From: a virus
Reading direction: 5' to 3' (one strand)
IMG/VR virus record: IMGVR_UViG_3300029286_000013
Length of the DNA: 64,000 bases
Under the pieces are notes generated by a model. It worked only from the letters and a program-made list of their open reading frames with translations. It did no database searches and was not told where the DNA came from. Below are positions 31,873 through 42,759 of the stretch, piece after piece; within the stretch, counting starts at the first letter, position 1; each line of letters starts with the position of its first letter. A program made the translations under genes and the position numbers.

Positions 31873-32642
31873 CTAGAGGTTTTGTAATCATGGCGCAGAA
31901 CACAGAAAAAACTGACTATGTTAAGTGTGCCAAAGCATTAGAAATAAGTATCAAGCGAGTTATGCCTGATGCCAATGTAACCATCATTACAACTGATATG
32001 TTACCGTACGGCGATCAAGCACCAGACAGTGATTGGAAACTTATAAATGATTGGCAAGTATATGAAGCAAGCCCATATGATGAAACAATTAAATTAGAAG
32101 CTGACATATTTTTACCCCGTAGTATTGAACATTGGTTTGATATCTTATCAATCAATGATGTGACATTATGTACAAAGATACGTAACTACAAAGGTGAAAT
32201 TTCTGATATAAGAGTTTATAGAAAGTTTATTGATGATAACAATTTACCTGATATCTATAATGCTATTACATATTTTAAAAAATCAGATACAGCAGAAAAG
32301 TTTTACAGAATAGTTAGAGATGTGTTTGAAAATTGGGAAGAATACAAAGCAATACTAAAATGTAATCCCACAGAAGAAGCAACAACTGATTGGGTTTATG
32401 CAATTGCAAGTCATATAATTGGAGTAGAAAAAACCACACTACCCAATTTTAACGAATTTTGTATGATACATATGAAACAGTTTGTCACCGGAACATTTAC
32501 TGAAAATTGGACTGATACTTTGGTATATGAATGTACACCTGACGCAATTAAGGTGAATACTTATGTACAAGAATATCCATTTCACTATCATATAAAGTCT
32601 TTTAGTGATAAAATTATAGAGAAATACAAATGGAACACGTAA
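31869..32642 (+). CDS. GT-A fold glycosyltransferase paralogue (EAD in place of DxD)
   Basis: 'TRGFVIMA...VYEASPYDETIKLEAD' aligns with the preceding gene; C-terminal 'PFHYHIK'. Confidence 0.65.
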   Translation: MTRGFVIMAQNTEKTDYVKCAKALEISIKRVMPDANVTIITTDMLPYGDQAPDSDWKLINDWQVYEASPYDETIKLEADIFLPRSIEHWFDILSINDVTLCTKIRNYKGEISDIRVYRKFIDDNNLPDIYNAITYFKKSDTAEKFYRIVRDVFENWEEYKAILKCNPTEEATTDWVYAIASHIIGVEKTTLPNFNEFCMIHMKQFVTGTFTENWTDTLVYECTPDAIKVNTYVQEYPFHYHIKSFSDKIIEKYKWNT

Positions 32643-32965
32643 TACTTTGGGAAGCACCAACTATCACTAAACCTGAATTCAGGTTATATTATGATGATAA
32701 AGGTAATGTATTATTTTATACCTGTGAAAAACCAGAAGGTAATTACATTGTTATCGATGCAACAACATATGCAATAGGTAGACCGGACGTTAGGATTATT
32801 GACGGGAAAATATCTACTGTAGTTACAAGTGCAGTTGTATCAAAGCTTATGCCCAATAAGGAAGATGGTATTATTTGTGCCGAAGAAGATATTAGTATTG
32901 TAGTAGATAAAAACTACAAAGGTAAAACTATTAATTGGAAATTAACAACTTATGAACTCGAATGA
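32630..32965 (+). CDS. Hypothetical protein (111 aa)
   Basis: Overlaps both neighbours in the coupled cluster; no recognised motif. Confidence 0.65.
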   Translation: MEHVILWEAPTITKPEFRLYYDDKGNVLFYTCEKPEGNYIVIDATTYAIGRPDVRIIDGKISTVVTSAVVSKLMPNKEDGIICAEEDISIVVDKNYKGKTINWKLTTYELE

Positions 32966-33905
32966 TATTATTGATGTAGCAGACTTAGATTGCATTTATC
33001 TTAGCTATGATGAACCACAAAAAGAAGAATTTTGGCTTAAAGTCAAACACATGGTGCCTTGGGCAAAACGTGTTGACAATGTTAAAGGTAGTGATGCCGC
33101 ACACAAAGCCGCAGGTGAGGCAAGTGATACAGAACGCTTCATTCTAATTGATGGCGACAACATGCCAGAAGAAAGTTTTTTCAACATTCAATTAGACTTT
33201 ACAGGCAAAGACGAAAAGTTTAGACAAGCGCAGTTTCGTTGGAAAGCTATCAATAACATCAACGGATTGCGTTATGGTAATGGTGGCATGAGTTCATGGA
33301 CTAAAGAATATGTGGCTAACATGAAAACCCATGAACATCAGAAAGACGGAGATGTTTCACGTATTGCTGACTTCTGTATGGGAGGTGATGACAACTTGTA
33401 TTGGGCTATGTGGGATTGTTATTCAACTACATATCCAAACATGACACCATTCCAAGCTTGGCGTGCAGGTTTCCGTGAAGGTGTTAAGATGAGTTTGGAT
33501 AGAGGTGCACGCCCTACTGTAGACCAATTTAAAGAAACGGTGGCAAGTCGTAACTTAGACAATCTGACCATATGGCATAATGTTGGTATGGATGTTGAGA
33601 ATGGTGAATGGGCTATATATGGTGCTCGTCTTGGTACATATATGACTATGCTTACAGAATGGGATCACACTAATGTTCAATGGTTTGACAACTATATCAC
33701 ATTGTGGGAAGAACATGTGAATAGAGATCCTGTGCGTGAATCAGCATTGTTAGGAGCCGCACTACATGATAAACTAGGACTACCTATGGCTACATTAGAT
33801 GGCTTACAAAGTAAATTCTTTAAACGTCATTATGGGGCAGACAAATACAATCGTGGCCCACTGGTAACAGAGATGGAAGTTATTCGTCAGATTCAGGGCT
33901 GGTAA
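32952..33905 (+). CDS. GT-A-like nucleotide-diphospho-sugar transferase
   Basis: 'DCIYLSYDEP...RVDNVKGSDAAHKAA...RFILIDGDN' (DxD after a hydrophobic strand), 'LRYGNGG', 'AWRAGFREGVK'. Confidence 0.6.
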   Translation: MNSNDIIDVADLDCIYLSYDEPQKEEFWLKVKHMVPWAKRVDNVKGSDAAHKAAGEASDTERFILIDGDNMPEESFFNIQLDFTGKDEKFRQAQFRWKAINNINGLRYGNGGMSSWTKEYVANMKTHEHQKDGDVSRIADFCMGGDDNLYWAMWDCYSTTYPNMTPFQAWRAGFREGVKMSLDRGARPTVDQFKETVASRNLDNLTIWHNVGMDVENGEWAIYGARLGTYMTMLTEWDHTNVQWFDNYITLWEEHVNRDPVRESALLGAALHDKLGLPMATLDGLQSKFFKRHYGADKYNRGPLVTEMEVIRQIQGW

Positions 33906-35470
33906 TGAGCGGTGAGTACGACCAGTTTGCTAGAGACATGCGTGACCGCTTAAATGCGGTCAGTCCATCACTATGTCTTGCTAAATGGCAACAAGTATCT
34001 ATTCACTTGCCTAGTGGATTGACTCAAAGTTGTTATCACCCACCCACCCACAAGATACCATTGGAGTTATTGAAAGATAAGCCCAGTGTACTACACAATA
34101 CTCCTACCAAAATACACGAACGTAAACAAATGCTTGAGGGTAAACGTCCTGAAGGTTGTAGCTATTGTTGGAAAGTAGAAGATGCTAAAAGTGATGATCC
34201 CAAAGGTCATATGAGTGACAGACATTATCGCAGTAGTGAATGGTGGAATGCACCTACATTTGAAGAAGTCACTGAAAACAAGTTTGACTATGATGTTGTC
34301 CCTCGATATATAGAAGTCAATTTCAATCAAGCATGTAACTTTAAATGTATGTATTGTAGTCCACATCTTTCCAGTAGTTGGGAAGAAGAAGTTAAGAAGC
34401 ACGGTGGTTATCAATTAACCGGAATGACACATAATAACTTAGAAGCATTAGAACAAAAAGGAATGATGCCACTCAAAGTGTCTAATAAAGACAATCCTTA
34501 TGTTGAAGCATTTTGGCAATGGTTCCCTGAAATCTATCGTAAACTACGTGTGTTCAGAATGACAGGTGGTGAGCCACTTATGGATAAGAACACTTTCAAA
34601 GTCTTAGACTATGTGAATGAGAATCCACATGGTCAACTTGAGTTATCTATAACAAGTAACATGTGTCCTCCGGATCAAAAGTTATTTGACAAGTTTGTCG
34701 AGAAAGTTAAAGCATTAGAAGAACTACGCACATACGAGGATAAAGAAAACTTCAACGTACATAGTGGTAATAACTGGTACGTAGATAAAGGATTTAAACA
34801 CTTTTGGTTGTTTGTATCACTTGATGGGTTTGGCGAGCAAGCAGAATATATGCGTACTGGGTTAGAGTTTGAACGCATGTTGGATAACGTTAGAACCTTC
34901 TTGCGTGAGACAAAGTACAGTACTGTTAGCTTTATCAATACATTTAATATCATGTCCATTCCTAGCTTACATAAGTTCTTGGAGATGGTACTAGAGTTAA
35001 GAGCAGAGTTTGGTGGAAGAAGTCAAGTTGAATTTGAAATTGCACCCGAACAAACTGAGGTAGAAAAAGAGAACGACATTGTACACAAAGTTTATACCCA
35101 GAAGAAATATCAACGTGTATTCTTTGATATTCCAATACTAAGATACCCTCCCTGGTTCAGTATTCAAAATGCAGGACAATATGGTATCGATGAAGTAGAA
35201 CGTTGCTTAAAGTACATGGAAGATAATGTACAAGGTGACGACTATTTGGAAACATTCGAAGGCTTTAAACCATATGAGCTATTGAAAATCAAGCGAGACC
35301 TTGCTATAATGAAAGAATCTCTACCCCAGGATCAATTACTACTAAATAAAAAGAACTTCTACCTGTTCATCACAGAATATGATAGACGCAGGCAAACGAA
35401 TTTTATAGAAACATTTCCAGAACTAAAGAGTTACTGGAGAGAATGTATCAAAGCGCACACTAAACATTAA
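33905..35470 (+). CDS. Radical SAM enzyme 1, N-terminal Twitch-like domain (CxAKW subtype)
   Basis: CNFKCMYC (CX3CX2C), TGGEP; N-terminal CLAKW..SCYHP..CSYCW. Confidence 0.9.
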   Translation: MSGEYDQFARDMRDRLNAVSPSLCLAKWQQVSIHLPSGLTQSCYHPPTHKIPLELLKDKPSVLHNTPTKIHERKQMLEGKRPEGCSYCWKVEDAKSDDPKGHMSDRHYRSSEWWNAPTFEEVTENKFDYDVVPRYIEVNFNQACNFKCMYCSPHLSSSWEEEVKKHGGYQLTGMTHNNLEALEQKGMMPLKVSNKDNPYVEAFWQWFPEIYRKLRVFRMTGGEPLMDKNTFKVLDYVNENPHGQLELSITSNMCPPDQKLFDKFVEKVKALEELRTYEDKENFNVHSGNNWYVDKGFKHFWLFVSLDGFGEQAEYMRTGLEFERMLDNVRTFLRETKYSTVSFINTFNIMSIPSLHKFLEMVLELRAEFGGRSQVEFEIAPEQTEVEKENDIVHKVYTQKKYQRVFFDIPILRYPPWFSIQNAGQYGIDEVERCLKYMEDNVQGDDYLETFEGFKPYELLKIKRDLAIMKESLPQDQLLLNKKNFYLFITEYDRRRQTNFIETFPELKSYWRECIKAHTKH

Positions 35471-35478
35471 GGAATAAA

Positions 35479-37005
35479 ATGGCAGGCAAGAAACACGAAG
35501 AATCATTCGCACAATACAAAGCAAGACTTATTGACCCTATTAGCGATAGCTATTGTGCCGCTAAGTGGCTAAACGCTACAATATGGTTGGGTAACGGACA
35601 AACAACTAGTTGTCACCACCCATTGGGGCATCAAATTGATGCGGCAGAGTTACTCACTAATCCATCAGCAATTCACAATACTCCACATAAGAAGTATATG
35701 CGTAAGTTGATGCAAGAAGGTAAACGCCCACAAGAGTGTGAATACTGTTGGAAGATTGAAGATATTGGTCGTGATAACATGAGTGACCGTGTTTACAAAA
35801 CTGCTGTATTTGAAGAATCAGACATTCTTAAAACTGCTAAAGCTGATTGGCAAGAGAATACAATGTTGAAAACATTAGAGATTTCTTTTGACCGTACATG
35901 TAACTTTGCCTGTAGTTATTGCAATCCAAGTTTCAGCACAACATGGGTTAAAGATATTCACAAGTTTGGTCCTTATCGTAATATCGACGGTGATGCACGT
36001 AGTCACTTTATTAATGAAGCTGACCATGCTAAGCCATTACCAGATGACATTAACCCATACATTCAAGCGTTCTGGCGTTGGTGGGAAGAAGGACTTGCTG
36101 ACAACTTAGAAGAAATTCGAATTACAGGTGGTGAACCACTTATGGCTCCTGGTGTATGGAAGCTTTTTGAATGGTTCCGTAATAATCAAGAACGTGCCAC
36201 AAATCGTCCAGATGGTAAAGTATTACGTTATGCTATCAATAGTAACTTAGTTCCCAAAGATGATATTATGGACAAGTTAATTGAGTATAGTCACTTTGTC
36301 CCCTACATGGAAGTCTATACAAGCTGTGAAGCATTTGGTTCTCACGCTGAATATATACGTGATGGCTTTGATTGGAACAAATGGATTCATAACTTAGGTA
36401 GATTGCACACTGAAGGTAACATCAAAAAGACACACATGATGATGACTATCAATAGCTTATGTTTGTCTAGTATTGTTCAGTTCATGGATCAGATGATGGA
36501 ATTCAAAAAGATTCATAACACAGTTTATCCTACGATGAGCTTGAACATCTTGCGCTTCCCTAGCTTCCAATCTTGTGCTATGTTGCCAACAGAGATTCGT
36601 CAGAAGTATAAAGACCAATTGCAAGTATGGTTAGATAATCAGATTGCTATGGATTTCCGTACAAGTGATGGTAAACAAATGCTTATGAGCATTGAACGTG
36701 AACAGACTCAACGATTGATTGATTACCTTGACGTTATTAAGACTCCTCATAAGAATGTTAAAGACATTGAACAGAATCGTAGAGACTTTAAACAGTTCTA
36801 TGCTCAGTATGATGTCCGTCGTGGTAAGAACTTCCGTGCAACATTCCCGCCAGAGTTTGTTGCTTTCTATGATAGTATTCAAACAGAGTTGCCCACTGCA
36901 GAGGAAATTAACACACAAAATTATCGTCAAGGTGTTGATTTAATACCGGATCATCCGCCTGAAGATCCAAGTAAAGATGTGTTTGTTAATCCAGATTTAC
37001 AATGA
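35479..37005 (+). CDS. Radical SAM enzyme 2, N-terminal Twitch-like domain (CxAKW subtype)
   Basis: CNFACSYC, TGGEP; CAAKW..SCHHP..CEYCW. Confidence 0.9.
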   Translation: MAGKKHEESFAQYKARLIDPISDSYCAAKWLNATIWLGNGQTTSCHHPLGHQIDAAELLTNPSAIHNTPHKKYMRKLMQEGKRPQECEYCWKIEDIGRDNMSDRVYKTAVFEESDILKTAKADWQENTMLKTLEISFDRTCNFACSYCNPSFSTTWVKDIHKFGPYRNIDGDARSHFINEADHAKPLPDDINPYIQAFWRWWEEGLADNLEEIRITGGEPLMAPGVWKLFEWFRNNQERATNRPDGKVLRYAINSNLVPKDDIMDKLIEYSHFVPYMEVYTSCEAFGSHAEYIRDGFDWNKWIHNLGRLHTEGNIKKTHMMMTINSLCLSSIVQFMDQMMEFKKIHNTVYPTMSLNILRFPSFQSCAMLPTEIRQKYKDQLQVWLDNQIAMDFRTSDGKQMLMSIEREQTQRLIDYLDVIKTPHKNVKDIEQNRRDFKQFYAQYDVRRGKNFRATFPPEFVAFYDSIQTELPTAEEINTQNYRQGVDLIPDHPPEDPSKDVFVNPDLQ

Positions 37006-38402
37006 CAAATAAAATAATGCCAATATGGGGAACAGATGCTAAACCGCATCCAGATAGCCCCAATAAAGTATTTTGTATGGCACCCTGGACACATACCTAT
37101 ATCAGTCCACAAAGCGAACGTAGGATGTGTTGTGCTAGCAGAGAAGAACATTCATTTCAAAAGCAATATATTGATAGTAGTAACGATTCAAAGTATGGCG
37201 CTGTAACTGAAAGTAAAACTGCATTGGATGATTACCAACCAGTAAGTTTAAAAGAACACTGGAATAGTGACTACATGAAAGATATTCGTGTAAAACTAAT
37301 GCGAGGTGAAGAGATACCTCAATGTGATGTGTGCAATAAAAACTTATTGATGGAGGGTGAAAGCTATCGTGGATGGTTCACTGGCGTATTGTTTAAAGAT
37401 AAAATTCAACAAGCATTTGATACTACAGACGATACTGGATTCACTTCAATGGAGCCAATAAGTTTTGATTATCGTTTTAGTAATCTATGTAATTTTAAGT
37501 GTCGCATGTGTGGTGAACAATTAAGTTCAACATGGGAAACTGAAAAGAAGATTCATAATATGTGGACTCCTAAAAATCAACCCTTTATGGTTCCTGAAAT
37601 TAAATCAGCAATGCAAGACTTTCAACAAAATGTGGTTGAACCTGAATTTCGTGATGCAGTAAGTCGTGGTATCGTAGAAGAAATGTATTGGGTTGGTGGC
37701 GAACCATTGATGTATGATGTTCATTGGTGGACATTAGAAGAAATGTTAAAAAATGGCTCTGCCAAGAATTGCTATATGCGCTATAATAGTAATTTAAGTC
37801 GTGTTCAATTTGGTCAGAAAAACTTATATGACTACCTACCACATTACAAGGATTGGATGATGTGTGCTAGCATTGATGGTACAGGTGATATTGTAGAATA
37901 CATCCGTACTGGAATCAAATGGGACAAATGGTTAGAAAATTTTAAACAAGGTTTAGCATTGCCCGGTGGTAAAGACAAGATGAAGTTAGATTTGACTATT
38001 ACCGCACCCGGAATGTTCTCGTTAAAAGAGTTGTTTGATTTAAGCATTGAATTAGATGTTGAAATTATTACAAAGATTACATTTGCATTTCATCCAGATA
38101 TTATGTGGAGTCCAACTAGTTGGCCACGTGAAATATTAAATGAAATGGTAGATGACATACTTTTATATTGCGAATCACGTGCTACTTGGAAACAACGTAG
38201 TTTTATTGGCAATTTACAGGCATTAAAAGACAGCCGCAAAACGCATGAAGAAGAATGGCCTGATAAGTATAAAACTGCAAGATTGAATGGCAAACGTTGG
38301 GTTGAACACTTAGAAAAGATACGAGGTGATGAGAAAGTCACAATGCGTAACATATATAGTCGAAACCCTAAATTATTAACATGGTGGGATAGCATACAAT
38401 GA
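37002..38402 (+). CDS. Radical SAM enzyme 3, N-terminal Twitch-like domain (CxxPW subtype)
   Basis: CNFKCRMC, VGGEP; CMAPW..MCC..CDVC. Confidence 0.9.
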   Translation: MTNKIMPIWGTDAKPHPDSPNKVFCMAPWTHTYISPQSERRMCCASREEHSFQKQYIDSSNDSKYGAVTESKTALDDYQPVSLKEHWNSDYMKDIRVKLMRGEEIPQCDVCNKNLLMEGESYRGWFTGVLFKDKIQQAFDTTDDTGFTSMEPISFDYRFSNLCNFKCRMCGEQLSSTWETEKKIHNMWTPKNQPFMVPEIKSAMQDFQQNVVEPEFRDAVSRGIVEEMYWVGGEPLMYDVHWWTLEEMLKNGSAKNCYMRYNSNLSRVQFGQKNLYDYLPHYKDWMMCASIDGTGDIVEYIRTGIKWDKWLENFKQGLALPGGKDKMKLDLTITAPGMFSLKELFDLSIELDVEIITKITFAFHPDIMWSPTSWPREILNEMVDDILLYCESRATWKQRSFIGNLQALKDSRKTHEEEWPDKYKTARLNGKRWVEHLEKIRGDEKVTMRNIYSRNPKLLTWWDSIQ

Positions 38403-39094
38403 GTAAAAATATTTTAGTAGTGGGTGGAGGAACACCTGATAAATTTGGAAATCAATTTGTGAAAAAAGCCAGAGATGATGGTAATCGTGTAATAAATTTT
38501 TCATATAAGGATCACAATACTAATCACATAGATGATAGATATATCAACTATAGTGATACTAAACAAGTTAAAAGTAAATGTTTAGAATTGTCCAGTGAAC
38601 TATCCGTAATTGATATTATATTGTTTAATCAAAATGGATCAGGTTATCCAGGATTAGCAAATCAACTATTTAAAGAACCAAATCCTATTGAGTATGTTCA
38701 AACAATAAACAGAGCAGTAACTATTCCTCATCAAATTATTGCATCATTGTATGACAATTTAATTGTCGGCAGTAAAGTAGTATATATGGGTTCCACAATG
38801 TCATTTCAATATGAACGTGAAAATTATCCAGAAGGAGTGGGATATCCTAGCGCCAAATCATTTGCTATGCATTTAATATCAACCATGGCAAGATGTAGAA
38901 CAAAGGAAATTACCTTTAGTTGTATGTGTCCTTATTTCTTATATGATAAACCAGAATTGTACTCACACATTTTTGACCAAACTTACAGTTATATTTTAAC
39001 ACACGATGATAGTTTTAACGGAAAGATAGTAAATCAATTTAATGGATTTGAAAATCCATACGTACCGGGTAAAGTAGTTTATGCAAAACAATGA
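38399..39094 (+). CDS. Short-chain dehydrogenase/reductase (SDR)
   Basis: Rossmann start 'ILVVGGGTPDKFG', 'IDIILFNQ', 'VVYMGS' and catalytic-type YxxxK (YPSAK). Confidence 0.7.
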   Translation: MSKNILVVGGGTPDKFGNQFVKKARDDGNRVINFSYKDHNTNHIDDRYINYSDTKQVKSKCLELSSELSVIDIILFNQNGSGYPGLANQLFKEPNPIEYVQTINRAVTIPHQIIASLYDNLIVGSKVVYMGSTMSFQYERENYPEGVGYPSAKSFAMHLISTMARCRTKEITFSCMCPYFLYDKPELYSHIFDQTYSYILTHDDSFNGKIVNQFNGFENPYVPGKVVYAKQ

Positions 39095-40301
39095 TGACGT
39101 ATGGTGCGTATTGCCATGGTCACATTTATATGTAGGTCCTGATGGTAAAATTGCACCTTGTTGTGTAGGAAAACCATTAAATCAGTACGGGGATGCAAAG
39201 TTAGCAGAAGCATGGAACAGTGATGCCATGAAACAATTACGTGTAGACATGACAAATGGCATAAAAAATGATATATGTTCATCATGTTATAAAAAAGAAG
39301 ATATGGGATTTAAGTCAATGAGACAAAATTCTAATCGCACAATGAAAGATGTTGCGGACATAGTTAGGACAACAACGAATAGTGATGGATCAATTGATGA
39401 ATTTAAATTGTATTATTTAGATTTACGATTTAACAATCTTTGTAATTTTAAATGTAGGACATGTAATCCATTGTTTAGTAGTTCTATTGCAGTCGAGCAC
39501 ATACAAAATACTTCATTGAACAGATTTCACAAAACACCGGAACGTGGTATTACTCAAAATAAAAATATAATATCGGAAATAGAAAATCAATATCCTAATG
39601 TTACTAGGATATATTTTGCAGGTGGTGAACCAATGATGCAAGAAGAACATTGGAACATTTTAAAATATTATGTTGATAATGATACTGCTAAAAATGTCGA
39701 GTTAGTATATTCTACAAATACTAGTAGATTGACATATAAAAATAATTCAGTGTTTGATTATTGGAAACATTTTAAAAGTGTACATGTACAAACAAGCATT
39801 GATGCCGAAGGTAAAAGAGCAGAATATTGGAGAGACGGAACTGTTTGGGGAGACATACTTGCTAATATAAAACTTATTAAAGAAAGTAACGTTCAATGGT
39901 CTATACACAGTGTAATTTCTTGGGTTAATGTTTATAGTTACGTGGAATTAATTAAAACGTTATTACAAGAAAAATTATCATTAAGGTATAATTTTACCAT
40001 ATGGTGCTTAGACGAAAGCCATGAATTTAATCTACAAGAATTACCTGACTTTAAAAAACAAGAAATAGCAACTATGTTAGATACGTTTATCATAGATTTA
40101 GATGGGGGTAAATTTGGCAGATTTTTAGGTGGATCTGCAATAAAAACAAATATAGAAAATATTAAAATGTTTATGTTTTCTGAATCAATACCAATAAACA
40201 AAGAAAAATTTGAAAAACACTTCATACTAGATAGTATAAGAAATAAAGATTTTTTTGAATACTTCCCTGAACACGAAAATATGAGAGAATATATACAATG
40301 A
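39081..40301 (+). CDS. Radical SAM enzyme 4, N-terminal Twitch-like domain (CxxPW subtype)
   Basis: CNFKCRTC, AGGEP; CVLPW..PCC..CSSC. Confidence 0.9.
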   Translation: MQNNDDVWCVLPWSHLYVGPDGKIAPCCVGKPLNQYGDAKLAEAWNSDAMKQLRVDMTNGIKNDICSSCYKKEDMGFKSMRQNSNRTMKDVADIVRTTTNSDGSIDEFKLYYLDLRFNNLCNFKCRTCNPLFSSSIAVEHIQNTSLNRFHKTPERGITQNKNIISEIENQYPNVTRIYFAGGEPMMQEEHWNILKYYVDNDTAKNVELVYSTNTSRLTYKNNSVFDYWKHFKSVHVQTSIDAEGKRAEYWRDGTVWGDILANIKLIKESNVQWSIHSVISWVNVYSYVELIKTLLQEKLSLRYNFTIWCLDESHEFNLQELPDFKKQEIATMLDTFIIDLDGGKFGRFLGGSAIKTNIENIKMFMFSESIPINKEKFEKHFILDSIRNKDFFEYFPEHENMREYIQ

Positions 40302-41476
40302 GTAACACTCTATGCGTATTACCTTGGATGCATTTAGCCACACATCCAAACGGAGGCGCAAGCCTCTGTTGCCGTAGCAATCATACTGATGCGGTAAGTT
40401 GGGCAAAGAAATCTAATACACAAAATCTTGTCATGCTAGACGATGATAGCGTGGAAGATATAATGAACAGTGAAAAGTTTGTTGAAGTTAGACAAGCAAT
40501 GATTGACGGCAAACGACCTATTGAATGTGAAGGTTGCTGGAAAGATGAAGATGCTGGCATTAAAAGTAAACGCCAGTATGAGAATGAGCGTTGGGCACAC
40601 ATTATCCCTAAACTTGAAAAATCAGCAAAACTAAAAGACATTAATTTAATATATGTAGAGCTACGTTTGGGTAATGTGTGCAACAATGCCTGCTTAACAT
40701 GTAATAGTTATAGCAGTACTAAGTGGTACCCTGATGAGAAGAAGATTGCTAACGTATTACCTTGGTTTAAACTACGTGCAATGGAGAATTTCAAATGGTT
40801 TGAGAATGAAGATTTCTATTGGGATTTAGCAAACAAAAGTCAAAATGTAGAAGAAATCTATATCAATGGTGGTGAACCTACATTGATTAAGGCTCACTTT
40901 GAATACTTAAAGCACTTGATTACATTGGGTACAGCACAAAACGTTCATCTAGTTTATAGTTTGAACATGATGGATATACCTGACAGACTAATTGAGTTAT
41001 GGAAAGAATTTAAGCAAGTCACAGTCAATGCAAGCATTGACGATTTGGGTAATCGTAACTATTACATACGTTATCCTACTCAGTGGGAAGAAACAATAGC
41101 GAGTATTGAGAAACTAACTAAGTTGCCAAACTTAAATTGGCATGTAACACAGACTGTTAGCATTTTAAATATCTACCATCTAGCAGAGTTTGGTAATTGG
41201 TTGGAAACAAACTATAACAAAACACCGCATCACAACTATGTATTATACCCGGACTATCTAAGTATTGCGGCATTACCCGATTTTTATAAAGAAGAATTGC
41301 GTAGTCATTATGCAAACAGATTACATGAATGGCAACGCAAAGATTTATTAAATAAATTACATGAACCGTACCAGCCCGACTTGTTAAAGAAAGCAAAAGA
41401 ATTTATAATAGCAGTTGACAACGCACGTGGTTTAGATTATAATAACTATATACCAGAATTAAAAGATATACTATGA
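40298..41476 (+). CDS. Radical SAM enzyme 5, N-terminal Twitch-like domain (CxxPW subtype)
   Basis: CNNACLTC, NGGEP; CVLPW..LCC..CEGC. Confidence 0.9.
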   Translation: MSNTLCVLPWMHLATHPNGGASLCCRSNHTDAVSWAKKSNTQNLVMLDDDSVEDIMNSEKFVEVRQAMIDGKRPIECEGCWKDEDAGIKSKRQYENERWAHIIPKLEKSAKLKDINLIYVELRLGNVCNNACLTCNSYSSTKWYPDEKKIANVLPWFKLRAMENFKWFENEDFYWDLANKSQNVEEIYINGGEPTLIKAHFEYLKHLITLGTAQNVHLVYSLNMMDIPDRLIELWKEFKQVTVNASIDDLGNRNYYIRYPTQWEETIASIEKLTKLPNLNWHVTQTVSILNIYHLAEFGNWLETNYNKTPHHNYVLYPDYLSIAALPDFYKEELRSHYANRLHEWQRKDLLNKLHEPYQPDLLKKAKEFIIAVDNARGLDYNNYIPELKDIL

Positions 41477-42759
41477 TACCAATTATACCCGATAAAATTA
41501 AAGATTCATTCTGTTCAGCTAAATGGTTGATGGCCACTATGCATTTTGGTATGGGTGAGAATCACTCATGCTATCACCCACCTATTCATCGTTGGAACTT
41601 AGAAGATGTACAGCGTGATCCTAGTATGTTACATAACACCGCACACAAGATTGAACAGCGTAGACAGATGATGAATGGCGAGAAGCCAAAAGAATGTTAT
41701 TATTGCTTTGACATGGAATCAATCAATCCTGATGTTATCAGTGACCGCAAACGTTTCACTAATGAAGCATATGCTATTGAACGTAGACAAGAACTGATTG
41801 ATGCACCGTTTGATAGACACGTGAACCCAAGCTACTTGGAATTAAGTTTTAGTAATGTATGTAACTTTGGTTGTAGTTATTGCAGTCCGGGGCAATCAAG
41901 TAAGTGGGAGAACGAGGTACGCAAGTATGGAAGCTATCCAGTAGAGGATCCCACTGTTCATGCTGATAAATTACATGACATGCTCCCAGAAGATAACAAT
42001 CCATATATTGACGCATTCTGGAAATGGTTGCCTGACGCATACAAAGACTTGAAGTATTTGCGTATCACAGGTGGTGAACCATTGGCAACACGAAACTTTA
42101 TGAAGTTGTTAGACTTTGTATCACAAAATCATAATCCAAACTTAACATTAGTCGTTAATACAAACCTATGTGTGCCTGATAAAAATTTAAATATGTTCTT
42201 TGAAAAAGCAACAACACTATTAAACGCTAAAACTATCAAAGGTTTAGAAGTTTACACTAGTATGGATACATGGGGGCCTCAGGCTGAGTACATACGTGAT
42301 GGTTTAGATATTGCACGTTGGGAACAAACTGTACGCAAAGTCAGCACAACATTCCGTGTACCTATTCGTGTAATGGTTACATTTGGACTAATGAGTATCT
42401 TCAACTTTCAAACGTTTGCTGAGAAAATCATTCAAATGCGTAGTGAAGGTGTTGATATTATGTTTAACTGTGCAAGATTAGTTGACCCTAAACAGTTTGA
42501 TTTAAGAATACTTCCAGATTATTGTGACAAGTATTTTACCAAAATGAATACGTTTATAGTTGATAATGGTCAGATTGCAAATGTAGAACGTGAAACATGG
42601 CAGATGGTCTATGATTTTTGGAAAGCAAGACATGACACAATGACAACTGATGACCGTGAATGGCGTAGGCAACAGTTTGCAAAATTCATTAGTGAATATG
42701 ACAAACGCCGCGATAAGAACTTTGAAGAAAACTTTCCGGAGTTATCTGCATGGATCTAA
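41473..42759 (+). CDS. Radical SAM enzyme 6, N-terminal Twitch-like domain (CxAKW subtype)
   Basis: CNFGCSYC, TGGEP; CSAKW..SCYHP..CYYC. Confidence 0.9.
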   Translation: MIPIIPDKIKDSFCSAKWLMATMHFGMGENHSCYHPPIHRWNLEDVQRDPSMLHNTAHKIEQRRQMMNGEKPKECYYCFDMESINPDVISDRKRFTNEAYAIERRQELIDAPFDRHVNPSYLELSFSNVCNFGCSYCSPGQSSKWENEVRKYGSYPVEDPTVHADKLHDMLPEDNNPYIDAFWKWLPDAYKDLKYLRITGGEPLATRNFMKLLDFVSQNHNPNLTLVVNTNLCVPDKNLNMFFEKATTLLNAKTIKGLEVYTSMDTWGPQAEYIRDGLDIARWEQTVRKVSTTFRVPIRVMVTFGLMSIFNFQTFAEKIIQMRSEGVDIMFNCARLVDPKQFDLRILPDYCDKYFTKMNTFIVDNGQIANVERETWQMVYDFWKARHDTMTTDDREWRRQQFAKFISEYDKRRDKNFEENFPELSAWI

